A stretch of 64,000 bases of DNA from Microbacterium sp. (GTDB lineage Bacteria > Actinomycetota > Actinomycetes > Actinomycetales > Microbacteriaceae), in assembly GCF_041641055.1 (NCBI RefSeq), contig NZ_JBEPZB010000008.1:46600-110599 (forward strand), in the 5' to 3' direction. Shown here piece after piece: positions 38,799 to 48,837 of the stretch (position 1 is the stretch's first letter; each line of letters starts with the position of its first letter). Position numbers and translations under genes: made by a program. The notes below the pieces were generated by a model, which saw nothing but the letters and a program-made list of their open reading frames with translations, did not search any database and was not told the origin of the DNA.

Positions 38799-39652
38799 CC
38801 GCTCTGCTGGGTGCGATGCTGGCGGCGGGCGTGCTGCTGTGCGTCTCACCGTGGCTCTGGCCGCCTCGATCTGAGCGGGACGCCACCCGGCGAGCCGGTC
38901 TCTTCACCCGGATGCTGGCTGACGCCGGACTCGCGGCAGTACGACCGCGCGTGCTGGTCGTGATCATGGCTGCGCTCGCGCTCGCCGCCGCATCCGTCGT
39001 CTTGCTCGTCTCCGCGATACCAGTGCTGGCGGTTCTGGCGGCCGTGGCCGCGGCCGCTTCGCCCCTCGCACTTCTCCGCTCGCGGCGTGTGCGCCTGCGT
39101 CGTCAGCGCCGACAGCTCTGGCCCGACATATGCGATCTGCTCATCGCGTCGATCCGGGTCGGACTGTCCCTTCCCGACGCGGTCGCGAGCCTCGCCGAGT
39201 CCGCTCCGTCGATGATGCGGCCGGCGTTCGAGGTGTTCGCCCAGGATCTGCGCTCGACGGGCCGCTTCGAGACGAGCCTCGATCGGCTCAAGCGCTCGCT
39301 CGCCGATCCGACAGCCGACCGCATCATCGAGACCCTGCGTATGGCACGCCAAGTCGGAGGCACCGAGCTCAGCGGCGTCCTGCGAGCGCTGTCGCTCTCG
39401 GTGCGTGCGGATGCCGCGCTTCGTGGCGAGGTGGAGGCCAGACAGTCGTGGATCCGCGGTGCGGCCGTGCTCGGGTCGATCGCACCGTGGGCGATCCTCG
39501 GGCTGCTCGTTCTGCGTCCGGAGGGTGCGGTGGCGTACGGCACGCCGGAAGGGATGCTGGTGATCGTCGCGGGAGCCGGGGTCTCGCTGGTCGCCTATCG
39601 GATCATGATCCGGATCGGTCGGCTGCCGGAACCCGGGCGGTGGTTCGGATGA
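38795..39652 (+). CDS. tadB: Tad pilus platform protein TadB
   Basis: WPDICDLLIASIRVGLSL and GGTELSGVL; T2SSF-type; follows tadA. Confidence 0.82.
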   Translation: MTALLGAMLAAGVLLCVSPWLWPPRSERDATRRAGLFTRMLADAGLAAVRPRVLVVIMAALALAAASVVLLVSAIPVLAVLAAVAAAASPLALLRSRRVRLRRQRRQLWPDICDLLIASIRVGLSLPDAVASLAESAPSMMRPAFEVFAQDLRSTGRFETSLDRLKRSLADPTADRIIETLRMARQVGGTELSGVLRALSLSVRADAALRGEVEARQSWIRGAAVLGSIAPWAILGLLVLRPEGAVAYGTPEGMLVIVAGAGVSLVAYRIMIRIGRLPEPGRWFG

Positions 39653-40587
39653 GCATGGCTTCCGCAGCAGCGTTCGCGATACTCATCGGGGGGACGATGG
39701 GCGTCGGGGTGATCTTTCTCCTCGCTGCGCTTCCCCGATGGTCGGCGGTCCCACTGGCGCGCCGGATCGCACCGTATCTGCGCGACGTCGTCGCTGAGGA
39801 GGATCTGCCGCCGAGCGCCCGCTCACACCGAGGAATCCTTCCGGCGGGTGATCTGCGGCTGTGGGCGAGGGCTCAGGCGCTGTTCGGGCGAGTCCTCGGC
39901 GGAAGCGACGCTCTTCGTCGCCGACTCGCCCAGTCCGGGTCGCCCATGGAGCAGAGCGCATTCCGAGGTCGTCAGCTCGGATGGGTCCTCGTCGGGATCG
40001 CCGCGGGCGCCGTCGTCCTCATCTCCGCAGCCGTGCTGGGCAGGATGAGTCCGCCTATCGCATTCGCGCCGGCGCTCTTCGGCGCCGGCGCCGGTATCGC
40101 GTACGACATGCTGCTCACCGCGCGCGTGCGTTCCCGACGTCGACGACTCACCGACGAGCTTCCGACCGCCCTCGAGTTCCTCGCCCTGTGCCTGTCCGCG
40201 GGGGAGGGTTTCCTCGATTCGCTCCGGCGGGTCGCTGCCGTCGGATCCGGCGAGATGACGAACGAGTTCCGTCGAGTCGTGCTCGCTGCGGGCACCGGGT
40301 CATCACTCGCGGACGCTTTGGCCGAGATGTCCCGCCGCCTCGAGCTTCCTGGTCTCACCCGGGCCATCGACCAGGTGATCGCGGCGCTGGAACACGGCGC
40401 GCCGCTCGCCTCGGTCTTGCACGCGCAGGCAGGCGACGCTCGCGAGGACGCCAAGCGGGTCCTGATCGAGCAGGCTGGCCGCAAGGAGATCCTCATGCTC
40501 CTGCCACTGGTCTTCCTGATCCTGCCGCTGTCCGTGCTTTTCGCCATCTATCCCGGGCTCTTCATCCTGCGACTCGGCATCGGCTGA
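39649..40587 (+). CDS. tadC: Tad pilus platform protein TadC
   Basis: ELPTALEFLALCLSAGEG, EHGAPLASVL and LLPLVFLILP; start ATG at 39649. Confidence 0.82.
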   Translation: MSMASAAAFAILIGGTMGVGVIFLLAALPRWSAVPLARRIAPYLRDVVAEEDLPPSARSHRGILPAGDLRLWARAQALFGRVLGGSDALRRRLAQSGSPMEQSAFRGRQLGWVLVGIAAGAVVLISAAVLGRMSPPIAFAPALFGAGAGIAYDMLLTARVRSRRRRLTDELPTALEFLALCLSAGEGFLDSLRRVAAVGSGEMTNEFRRVVLAAGTGSSLADALAEMSRRLELPGLTRAIDQVIAALEHGAPLASVLHAQAGDAREDAKRVLIEQAGRKEILMLLPLVFLILPLSVLFAIYPGLFILRLGIG

Positions 40588-40611
40588 GTGCCCACTGAAA
40601 GGACGACCGAC

Positions 40612-40812
40612 ATGAACACGTCTCGAGAGCTCCGCGGAAACTTCACGTTCGTGGAACCCGAGCCGATGCTGGGCGATGAGCGAGGAGACGTACCCGGCTG
40701 GGTGCTGGTCACACTCATGACGGCCGGACTCGTGGTACTCATTTGGGCGGTTGCAGGACCGGCGCTGAGCACGCTGTTCGAGCAGGCCATCCAGCGCGTG
40801 TCCGGTATCTGA
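40612..40812 (+). CDS. Flp-like major pilin candidate
   Basis: 66 aa; leader ending DERG, then one hydrophobic helix; AAAGGA SD; in the usual pilin position after tadC. Confidence 0.7.
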   Translation: MNTSRELRGNFTFVEPEPMLGDERGDVPGWVLVTLMTAGLVVLIWAVAGPALSTLFEQAIQRVSGI

Positions 40813-40824
40813 CCTGCTTTGTCC

Positions 40825-41232
40825 ATGTCTGTCATCCCACTCGGCGGCATCTCGGACGACCGCGGGTCGAGCCCCGTCGAGTTCGTCATGGTCGGCACTC
40901 TGCTGACGCTTCTGACCCTGGGCGTGCTGCAGCTCGCGCTCGCCGTGTATGTGCGCAACGTCGTGCACGACGCGGCCGTCGAGGGGGCGTACCACGCGGC
41001 GCTCGCAGACACGGAGCTCGCCGAGGGCGCTGCCGTCACCCGACGGAGCATCACGCGCGCGGTGGGCGACGCGTATGCGAAGGATGTGGTCGTCGGACGC
41101 GCGACCGCCCTCGGACGACCGATGATCGAGGTGCGCGTGCGCACGACGCTGCCGCTCATCGGACTCCTCGGGATCCCGCTCGCGCTCGATGTGGAGGCGC
41201 ATGCGCCGGAGGAGTCCTTCGATGACGGATGA
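40825..41232 (+). CDS. TadE-like pseudopilin
   Basis: DDRG|SSPVEF class III signal with E+5; VHDAAVEGAY. Confidence 0.8.
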   Translation: MSVIPLGGISDDRGSSPVEFVMVGTLLTLLTLGVLQLALAVYVRNVVHDAAVEGAYHAALADTELAEGAAVTRRSITRAVGDAYAKDVVVGRATALGRPMIEVRVRTTLPLIGLLGIPLALDVEAHAPEESFDDG

Positions 41233-41656
41233 CGACGGCTCGGCGGCGCTCGAGTTCATCACGGTCGGGGTCATCCTGCTCGTCCCGCTCGTGTACCTCA
41301 TCATCGCGCTCGGAGCGATCCAGGAGCAGACCTTGGGTGTCGAGGCTGCCGCCCGCCAGGTGGCGCGAGTGATGGCCACGACATCGGACCCGGAGGCGGC
41401 TGCCTCCCAGGGGGATCGAGTGCTGGCGGACGTCGCCGAGCAGTACGGTCTCGACCACGACGCGACCGAGGTGTCGATGTCGTGCGCCCCCGACGGTATC
41501 GACTGCCCCTCAGCGGGGGCGGTGGTGACCATCACGGTCACCACCAGGGTCACGCTGCCGCTGATCCCAGCCCTGTTCGGAGGGGACGACGCTGCATCGG
41601 TCGGAGTGGAGGGGACTGCCGTCCAGAAGATCTCGCGCCTGTGGGGCACAGGATGA
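41222..41656 (+). CDS. TadE-like pseudopilin 2
   Basis: DDDG|SAALEF class III signal with E+5. Confidence 0.78.
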   Translation: MTDDDGSAALEFITVGVILLVPLVYLIIALGAIQEQTLGVEAAARQVARVMATTSDPEAAASQGDRVLADVAEQYGLDHDATEVSMSCAPDGIDCPSAGAVVTITVTTRVTLPLIPALFGGDDAASVGVEGTAVQKISRLWGTG

Positions 41657-42063
41657 CGCATCCCGACGAGGACGGGAGCGTGATCCTGCTCACCCTGGGG
41701 TACGCACTGCTTGCCATCGCGCTGATCATCGTGAGCGTGTGCGCCACGGATCTCTACATCGCGCAGAAGCACCTCGACGCGCTCGCCGACGCGGCCGCGC
41801 TCGCCGGAGCCGACGGGTTCACGGTCGTCGTCGAGGGGAACGCCGTGCACGCCGACCTCACGGACGATGCCGTCCGCACGGAGGCGGAGGCGCTGCTGCG
41901 TCAGCTGCCCGGCGACGCAATGCTGGTCTCCGCAGAATCACCGGACGGGTCGTCGGCGCGGGTGCACCTCTCGGTCGACTGGCATCCGCCGCTCGTCTCC
42001 GTGTTCGTGCCCGACGGTGTGCGACTCGACGCGACGGGCACGAGCCGCACCGCGCTGCGATGA
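41653..42063 (+). CDS. TadG-like pilus assembly protein
   Basis: DEDG|SVILLT and LDALADAAALAGA motif typical of the TadG N-terminus. Confidence 0.72.
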   Translation: MTHPDEDGSVILLTLGYALLAIALIIVSVCATDLYIAQKHLDALADAAALAGADGFTVVVEGNAVHADLTDDAVRTEAEALLRQLPGDAMLVSAESPDGSSARVHLSVDWHPPLVSVFVPDGVRLDATGTSRTALR

Positions 42064-42083
42064 CGTCCGTCAGATGACGCCTG

Positions 42084-42635
42084 TCAGACCGCGAGGCGAT
42101 CTCGCAACCGCCGCACCCGTCCCTCGAACCCGGAAGGGACCTGCGCCGGCAATGCGTCGATCGGCCACCACCGCACATCCTCCGACTCCGCGCTCACCAC
42201 GAGTGCGGCATCCTCGTCGGCCACGACCGCCATTCCGATGTCGAGGTGCGACGCGCAGCGACCGAAGGCCGAAGACAGCGCATGATGATCGAGGTCGTAC
42301 ACGAGCGGTTCGGCGAGAGCAGATACGACGACGCCGGTCTCCTCCCGCAGCTCGCGCAGCGCGGCATCCGCGATCGACGCATCGCCCGGCTCGAGGTGCC
42401 CACCGGGCTGCACCCAGAACCGCCCCTTACCGTGGAAGACGAGGAGCGTGCGGGTGAGCGACCGGTCGAACACGATCGCCGATGCCGTCGCATGGTGCGG
42501 GCCGTCGTCTCGCGAGACCGGGCCGAGATCATCCGGGAAGAAGGTCGAGAAGTCAGCCCGGGCCGCGCGCTCGCGCTCGGTGGCCACGGCGGCGCCGACG
42601 ACGAGTCGGCGCACGTCCGCGCCAAGCGAGCTCAC
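42084..42635 (-). CDS. NUDIX hydrolase
   Basis: GGHLEPGDASIADAALRELREETG Nudix box; GTG start overlaps the MFS stop. Confidence 0.85.
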   Translation of the reverse strand: MSSLGADVRRLVVGAAVATERERAARADFSTFFPDDLGPVSRDDGPHHATASAIVFDRSLTRTLLVFHGKGRFWVQPGGHLEPGDASIADAALRELREETGVVVSALAEPLVYDLDHHALSSAFGRCASHLDIGMAVVADEDAALVVSAESEDVRWWPIDALPAQVPSGFEGRVRRLRDRLAV

Positions 42636-43912
42636 GAGGGATCCTTCGCTGTGCGCGGCACGAACCGGGGGATCCAGCGGATGAACCCGAGCGCACCCAC
42701 CAGGCCGACCACGCCCATCGTGGCCGCCGCGATCGGCAGGGACGCGATCGCGATGATGCCGGAGACCAGCAGAGGAGCGACCGCGCCACCGGCATCCGTC
42801 AGCGTGCGCCAGGAGCCGAGGAACGCCGCCGGCTCGGTCTTCGGGGCGACGTCGGCGCCGAGAGTCAGCAGGATGCCGCTCGACAATCCGTTGCCGACGC
42901 CGAGCACCGCCGCGAACATGCCGAACCACAGCACAGCCGCATCGAGGTCATGGGTGAACGACAGGGCGAGGAACCCCGCGCCCATCAGCACCATCGCGGG
43001 CATCGCCGCCCACAGCCTGCCGAAGCGGTCCATCACCTGGCCGCTCGCGTAGAACAGGGCGAAGTCGATCGCACCCGAGACGCCGACGACGAGGGCGATC
43101 GTGGAGGCATCCAGACCCAGCGAGAGGCCCCACAGCGGAAGCACGACCTGACGCGCCGACCGGACGGCCGACAGTGACGCTGCAGCGAGCCCGAGGCGAC
43201 CGAGCACACTGCGCTGCTGCCACATCGTGCGGAAGATGCCGGTGCGCTCGACCGTCGGGATCGACCCGGTCACGACCTCACCCGAGTCGTCGGAGAGAGA
43301 GGCGGTGCGCACCGCGGTGGTCGGCGGGGTCGTCTTCTCGGGATCCGGGCCGAACAGCACCAGCAGAACCATCACGATGAGGCAGCCGAGGAAGAACCAG
43401 ATCGCGGCGGACTCCGACCCGAACAGCTGCAGAAGTCCGGCCGCCACGAACGGGCCGATGAAGATGCCGAGACGGAAGCTGCCGCCGAGCAGCGAGAGCG
43501 CCCTGGCGCGGAATGCGATCGGCACCCGCGTGGTCATGAACGCGTGGCGCGCGAGCCCGAAGGCGGCCGCGCAGAAGCCCAGCAGGAAGACCGACGCAGC
43601 GAGCACGGCCAACGACGGGGCGAGCACCATCCCGACTCCCGCCGCGATCGCGATCACGCCGGCGATCACCATCGTGAACCGCTCGCCGATGCGGGCGACC
43701 GCCCAGCCCGCCGGCAGGTTGCCGCACAGCTGACCGACCACCAGTGCGGAGGCCACGAGCGCCGCGAATGCGACATCCGCGCCCATCGCCGATGCGATCA
43801 CCGGGATCAGCGGGATGACGGCACCCTCGCCGAGGGAGAAGAGGACCGTGGGGAGATACACCATCGGTCCGAATCGCCTCAGGACCGTGGATGCGCTGCT
43901 CACTCGTTTCAC
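42632..43912 (-). CDS. MFS transporter
   Basis: About 12 hydrophobic segments; VARIGER and VMDRFGR motif A in both halves; start approximate. Confidence 0.85.
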   Translation of the reverse strand: MKRVSSASTVLRRFGPMVYLPTVLFSLGEGAVIPLIPVIASAMGADVAFAALVASALVVGQLCGNLPAGWAVARIGERFTMVIAGVIAIAAGVGMVLAPSLAVLAASVFLLGFCAAAFGLARHAFMTTRVPIAFRARALSLLGGSFRLGIFIGPFVAAGLLQLFGSESAAIWFFLGCLIVMVLLVLFGPDPEKTTPPTTAVRTASLSDDSGEVVTGSIPTVERTGIFRTMWQQRSVLGRLGLAAASLSAVRSARQVVLPLWGLSLGLDASTIALVVGVSGAIDFALFYASGQVMDRFGRLWAAMPAMVLMGAGFLALSFTHDLDAAVLWFGMFAAVLGVGNGLSSGILLTLGADVAPKTEPAAFLGSWRTLTDAGGAVAPLLVSGIIAIASLPIAAATMGVVGLVGALGFIRWIPRFVPRTAKDPS

Positions 43913-43972
43913 GCTACTCCCGTTCCCGGGCCGTCGCCGTCCGCACAGGCGGCACGGTACGCTGGAGCCGAC

Positions 43973-45082
43973 ATGCTCGAACTCGATCTCTCCGCCGACA
44001 TCCAGGCCCTGCGACTCACCTACGGTGACATCCGCGAGGTGCTCGATGTCGAGACCATCCGCTCCGACATCGCCCGCCTCAGCGAGGAAGCCGGCGCGCC
44101 GGACCTCTGGGACGACCCCGAACGCGCCCAGAAGGTGACCAGCGCGCTGAGCCACCGGCAGTCGGCGCTCGCCAGGGTCGAGGGGATCGGTCGTCGGCTC
44201 GACGACCTCGAGGTGCTCGTCGACCTCGCGAACGAGATGGGCGACGAGGACTCCGCGGTCGAGGCTCGCGCCGAGCTCACCGCGCTCACCGAGATCATCA
44301 ACCAGCTCGAAGTGCAGACGCTGATGGACGGCGAGTACGACGAGCGGTCCGCGATCATCACCATCCGCTCCGGTGCCGGTGGCGACGACGCCACCGACTT
44401 CGCCGAGATGCTGATGCGCATGTACCTGCGCTGGGCCGAGCGTCACAAGTACCCCGTGAAGGTGCTCGACACCTCCTACGCCGAGGGCGCGGGCATCAAG
44501 TCCGCGACCTTCGAGATCGACGCCCCCTACGCCTTCGGCACCGTGTCGGTCGAGGCCGGCACTCACCGCCTGGCCCGGATCAGCCCCTTCGGCTCGGCCG
44601 ACAAGCGCCAGACCTCGTTCGCCGCGGTCGAGGTCATCCCGCTCATGGAGGAGGCGACCGAGGTCGACATCCCCGAGAGCGACATCCGCGTCGACGTCTT
44701 CCGCTCGTCGGGCCCCGGTGGCCAGTCGGTCAACACGACGGACTCCGCCGTGCGCCTCACGCACCTTCCGACCGGCATCGTCGTGTCGATGCAGAACGAG
44801 AAGTCGCAGATCCAGAACCGCGCTGCCGCGATGCGCGTGCTGCAGACTCGCCTCCTGCTGCTGCAGAAGGAAGAGGAGGCTGCGAAGAAGAAGGAGCTCG
44901 CCGGGAACATCACCGCGAGCTGGGGCGACCAGATGCGCTCCTACTTCCTCTACGGCCAGCAGCTCGTCAAGGACCTGCGCACAGGACACGAGTCCGGCAA
45001 CCCTGCCGCCGTGTTCGACGGCGACCTCGACGGGTTCATCTCGGCCGGCATCCGCTGGCGCAAGCGCAAGGACGAGGACTGA
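43973..45082 (+). CDS. prfB: Peptide chain release factor 2
   Basis: ISPF stop-recognition motif, [17 protein letters not shown]; continuous frame with no programmed frameshift. Confidence 0.95.
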   Translation: MLELDLSADIQALRLTYGDIREVLDVETIRSDIARLSEEAGAPDLWDDPERAQKVTSALSHRQSALARVEGIGRRLDDLEVLVDLANEMGDEDSAVEARAELTALTEIINQLEVQTLMDGEYDERSAIITIRSGAGGDDATDFAEMLMRMYLRWAERHKYPVKVLDTSYAEGAGIKSATFEIDAPYAFGTVSVEAGTHRLARISPFGSADKRQTSFAAVEVIPLMEEATEVDIPESDIRVDVFRSSGPGGQSVNTTDSAVRLTHLPTGIVVSMQNEKSQIQNRAAAMRVLQTRLLLLQKEEEAAKKKELAGNITASWGDQMRSYFLYGQQLVKDLRTGHESGNPAAVFDGDLDGFISAGIRWRKRKDED

Positions 45083-45127
45083 GCTCAGCGCTCTGACTCA
45101 GGGCTCTGACCTCGCGCCGCGCTCAGC

Positions 45128-46174
45128 TCAGCGGGCGGCACCTTCGAGCGTGCCCGTGATCTCCTCGTAGCTCACCGCGATGCACTGGATCGCGCGATCG
45201 TTCCAGCGATTCCACGACCCCTCGGTGGGCACGAACCAGTAGTTGTCGAGCTCGGACTCCTCGTACGGCACACCGACGAACGTCGCGAAGCCCGCGTCGC
45301 ACTTCTCCGTGGCGAGCCTCTGGAGTTCGTCGTCACCCGGGAACTCGCCGTCCGGCGCGTCGAAGATGAGGTAGACCTCGTCGGTGTGCGGCTGGTCGCA
45401 GGGCACGATCGGGAGCTCGTAGATCTCCTCGTCCCACTCGATCAGCGGCAGGCAGTGCCCGACCTCGAGGTCGCCGATCGGCACCGTCTCGGTGCCTTCG
45501 GGAAGCCCGCCGTCCGCGCTCGGATCCTCGGACTCCTCGGCGGTGGCCGACGGTGACGGGGTGGGGGAGGCGAGCCCGGTCATGCCGAGCGAGAGCAGCC
45601 CGACGCCGATCGCGAGCACCGAGCCGACGACACCGAGCGCCAGGCCGGTGATGCCCGGCCACTTCATCCCCGGCAGGAAGAGCGAGACGAGCGAGGCGAC
45701 GAAGCCCGCTCCGAGCAGCACCCAGCCGATGACGGAGATCACCGGGATGCACGACAGGACGACGCCGACCACGACGACCGCGAGTCCGATGATGCCGAGG
45801 ATCGACACCCGGTTCTTCGCCTGCGCGGGCGCGGTGTGACTCGGGTGCGCGCCGGGCTGGCCCGACCACGGATACGGGTTCTGCGGCATCGCGGAGGGGC
45901 CGTCGGCACGCGGATACGCGTCGACGCCCGCATCCGCTGCCGGGCTCGGCGCCTGCCACACGTGCGGAGCGACGAAGGGCTGCTCCGACGGCGCGGACGA
46001 GAGCGCGTTCTGTTCAGGAGCGGCCTGCACCGGCGCGGACGAGTCCGGCACCGGTGCAGACTCGGCCTGTGGGGCAGGAGGGGCGGACTCGACGGTGTGC
46101 TGCGTCCACCCCGAGCCGTCCCACCAGCGCTGACGGCCCGAGCCGTCGTCGTACCACCCCGCCGGGGTCGTCAT
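45128..46174 (-). CDS. DUF2510 membrane protein with a septum-formation-like C-terminal ectodomain
   Basis: MTTPAGWYDDGSGRQRWWDG, a 3-helix hydrophobic block, then LEVGHCL...VPCDQPHTDEVY...DRAIQC. Confidence 0.75.
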   Translation of the reverse strand: MTTPAGWYDDGSGRQRWWDGSGWTQHTVESAPPAPQAESAPVPDSSAPVQAAPEQNALSSAPSEQPFVAPHVWQAPSPAADAGVDAYPRADGPSAMPQNPYPWSGQPGAHPSHTAPAQAKNRVSILGIIGLAVVVVGVVLSCIPVISVIGWVLLGAGFVASLVSLFLPGMKWPGITGLALGVVGSVLAIGVGLLSLGMTGLASPTPSPSATAEESEDPSADGGLPEGTETVPIGDLEVGHCLPLIEWDEEIYELPIVPCDQPHTDEVYLIFDAPDGEFPGDDELQRLATEKCDAGFATFVGVPYEESELDNYWFVPTEGSWNRWNDRAIQCIAVSYEEITGTLEGAAR

Positions 46175-46196
46175 CGATCCTGCCCGCTGTTCGGGA

Positions 46197-47612
46197 TCAG
46201 CCGGCGGACGGCGTGATCGAGACGCGAGCGACCTCTTCGAGGAGCTCGTCGGTGAAGATGATCTCGTACGACTCGCTCTGCGCGACATCGAACGTGATGG
46301 TGCCGGTGATGGTGTCGCCGGCCGCGAGCTCCTCGGCGACGATCCCGTCGACGTAGTAGTCGTAGGTGCCCTCGGCGCCTTCGGCGGTCTCGATCGAGAA
46401 GTAGAACGGGTTCACGTAGCTCGTGCCGGAGATGCCCTCGAAGGTGACGTCGAGGATGACGTAGCCGCCGTTGGTCGACTCGATGCTCGATCCGTCGGTG
46501 GTCGCCCACTTCGCCGAGTTGATCGTGACCTCGCTGGTGCCCGAGAGCTGCTCGATCGTCACGGGAGCACCGAGCTCGCCTTCGACGACCTCAGGGGTGT
46601 CGGTGCCGTCTTCGGTGCCGCTGGACGGCGAGTCCGTCGGCAGGTCGTCGACCGCGTCGGCGACGCTCGCGACCGCGAACACGATCGCGACGATGACGGC
46701 GATGATCGTGCCGACCACGGAGAGGATGAGTCCGGTGATGCCCGGCCACTTCTTGCCCTTGAGGAAGAGCGAGATCAGCGACACGATGAAGCCCGCGGCG
46801 AGCAGGATCCAGCCGAACACGAAGGTCACCGGGATGCAGGCGAGCAGCGTGCCGAGGGCGGCGAGACCGAGGCCGACGATGCCGACGATCGATACGCCCG
46901 CAGGAGCTGCGGGCGCAGCGGCGCCGTAGGCGGGCGGGTAGCCGCCGGGCGCGCCGTAGTTCTGGCCGGCGGGGGCGTACGCAGGGGCGCCGGGGTAGCT
47001 GGGAGCAGCCGCGGGGTACCCGGGCGCCGTCGGGTATGCCTCAGGCTGCGCCGGTGCCGCACCGGGGTAGGAGGGGGCGGCGCCCGGGTAGGAAGGCGCT
47101 GCGGCGGGGTACGAAGGTGCGGCGTTCGCATACGGCGGCACGTCGCCGCCGAACGGCTCGGTCGGACCGGTGGCTCCCGGGGCGATGAAGTCCTGCTGCG
47201 AGGCGGACTCGACGGGGGAGTCGGCAGGCGCGGCCGCCGGCGACTCGGCGGCCGCCCATGCGGGTGCGGCCTCAGGGGCGGCGACCTCTTCTGCGGGTGC
47301 CTCCGGGGAGCTCTGCGCAGCAGTCTCGTCTGCGGCATCCGTCGGAGCCGGGGTGCTCCAGGACTGGCTCTCGACCGCGGCCACGGACTGGATCGAATCG
47401 GCGGTCTCGGCCTCCGCGGCCGACCCCGTCGACGTCTCGGCCGATGCCCGGTCGTGGGTGGCATCCAGATCGTGCTCGGCGGGGGTCGCCTCGACGGCGG
47501 GCTCTGCGGCCGCGGCCTCCGCGACGGGAGCGAAGTGCTCCGTCCACTGCGTGCCGTCCCACCAGCGCTGGCGCCCGGATCCGTCGTCGTACCAGCCTGC
47601 AGGCGTCGTCAT
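46197..47612 (-). CDS. DUF2510 membrane protein with a DUF4352-like acidic ectodomain
   Basis: Same N-terminal motif and hydrophobic block as its neighbour; Pro/Tyr repeats; beta-rich C-terminus (GELGAPVT...LAAGDTITGTITF). Confidence 0.72.
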   Translation of the reverse strand: MTTPAGWYDDGSGRQRWWDGTQWTEHFAPVAEAAAAEPAVEATPAEHDLDATHDRASAETSTGSAAEAETADSIQSVAAVESQSWSTPAPTDAADETAAQSSPEAPAEEVAAPEAAPAWAAAESPAAAPADSPVESASQQDFIAPGATGPTEPFGGDVPPYANAAPSYPAAAPSYPGAAPSYPGAAPAQPEAYPTAPGYPAAAPSYPGAPAYAPAGQNYGAPGGYPPAYGAAAPAAPAGVSIVGIVGLGLAALGTLLACIPVTFVFGWILLAAGFIVSLISLFLKGKKWPGITGLILSVVGTIIAVIVAIVFAVASVADAVDDLPTDSPSSGTEDGTDTPEVVEGELGAPVTIEQLSGTSEVTINSAKWATTDGSSIESTNGGYVILDVTFEGISGTSYVNPFYFSIETAEGAEGTYDYYVDGIVAEELAAGDTITGTITFDVAQSESYEIIFTDELLEEVARVSITPSAG

Positions 47613-47751
47613 GGTGTTCCCCTCGAAGTCGTGGTCCACGCAGACGGCATGGATCGGCATCTCCATGTATATCAGTGGAGGCAGACGCTCAGGGAGTGCC
47701 CGGGGTGTCGCTCGCGGGCACACGACACCGCGCGCTTAGGCTCGAACAGCC

Positions 47752-48837
47752 ATGATTCGGTTCGAGAACGTCACGAAACGCTACCGCGGGACCGCGAGGC
47801 CCGCGCTGTCCGGTGTCGACTTCGAAGTGCAGCGCGGGGAGTTCGTCTTCCTCGTCGGCGCCTCGGGGTCCGGCAAGTCGTCCTGCCTGCGGCTCATCCT
47901 GAGGGAGGACGTGCCGACGACCGGTCGCGTCGCCGTGCTCGGACGTGATCTGCGCTCGCTTGCCAACCGCAAGGTGCCGTACTTCCGCCGCCACATCGGA
48001 TCCGTCTTCCAGGACTTCCGACTGCTCCCGTCGAAGACGGTCTACCAGAACGTGGCGTTCACGCTCCAGGTCACCGGCTCCTCCCGCGGCTTCATCCAGC
48101 AGGCGGTGCCGGAGGCTCTCGCGCTCGTCGGACTCGACGGCAAGCAGAAGCGGATGCCGCACGAGCTCTCCGGTGGAGAGCAGCAGCGCGTCGCGATCGC
48201 CAGGGCGCTCGTCAACCGCCCCCAGGTGCTGCTCGCCGACGAGCCGACCGGAAACCTCGACCCCGCCACCTCGGTCGACATCATGCAGCTGCTCGCGCGC
48301 ATCAACGCCGGAGGCACCACCGTGCTCATGGCCACCCACGAGGCGGCGTTCGTCGACCAGATGCAGCGCCGGGTCATCGAGCTCCGTGACGGCGAGATGG
48401 TGCGTGACGAGGTGCACGGCGGATACGGCGACACCTCCAACATCCCCCGACTCGTGCCGGAGGAGGTGCGGGGCGCCGCAGCCGCCGCAGCCCTCACCGC
48501 GGTCCAGGAGGTGCAGCGCCAGACCTCTGACCTGTCGATCGTCCGTGCGGCCCTCGCCGAGGAGCTGAGCGCCCAGCGCAAGGCCGCAGCGGCGTCGTCC
48601 GACGCCGTGCCGACCGCATCCGAGACCCCGGAGGCGCAGGCCGCACCGCTCGAGGAGCCGGTCGTCGAGCAGCCGGCCGCCGCGCGGATGCCCGGTGAGA
48701 CCGCTCCGGTCGCACCCGCCGCGGGCCCGCGCACGCACCCGATCGTGCTCCCGGAGGTCGACGTCGCCGAACTCGGGGTGGCCGATCGACTCGGCCTGTC
48801 CGATGACGGCGCAGAGGAAGTGGGACCGACCTCATGA
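47752..48837 (+). CDS. ftsE: Cell division ATP-binding protein FtsE with a C-terminal extension
   Basis: [30 protein letters not shown] and ADEPTGNLD; upstream of ftsX. Confidence 0.93.
   Translation: MIRFENVTKRYRGTARPALSGVDFEVQRGEFVFLVGASGSGKSSCLRLILREDVPTTGRVAVLGRDLRSLANRKVPYFRRHIGSVFQDFRLLPSKTVYQNVAFTLQVTGSSRGFIQQAVPEALALVGLDGKQKRMPHELSGGEQQRVAIARALVNRPQVLLADEPTGNLDPATSVDIMQLLARINAGGTTVLMATHEAAFVDQMQRRVIELRDGEMVRDEVHGGYGDTSNIPRLVPEEVRGAAAAAALTAVQEVQRQTSDLSIVRAALAEELSAQRKAAAASSDAVPTASETPEAQAAPLEEPVVEQPAAARMPGETAPVAPAAGPRTHPIVLPEVDVAELGVADRLGLSDDGAEEVGPTS

Noticed and set aside
37409-42063. Tad operon as an island integrated at tRNA-Leu
   Set aside because: The operon lies on the 5' side of the tRNA; no integrase and no duplicated tRNA 3' end (att site) are visible
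43973-45082. Programmed +1 frameshift in prfB
   Set aside because: The reading frame is continuous from the ATG and no CTT-TGA slippery site was seen
45083-45127. gctcag-rich repeats between prfB and the DUF2510 gene
   Set aside because: Short and imperfect; at most a weak terminator
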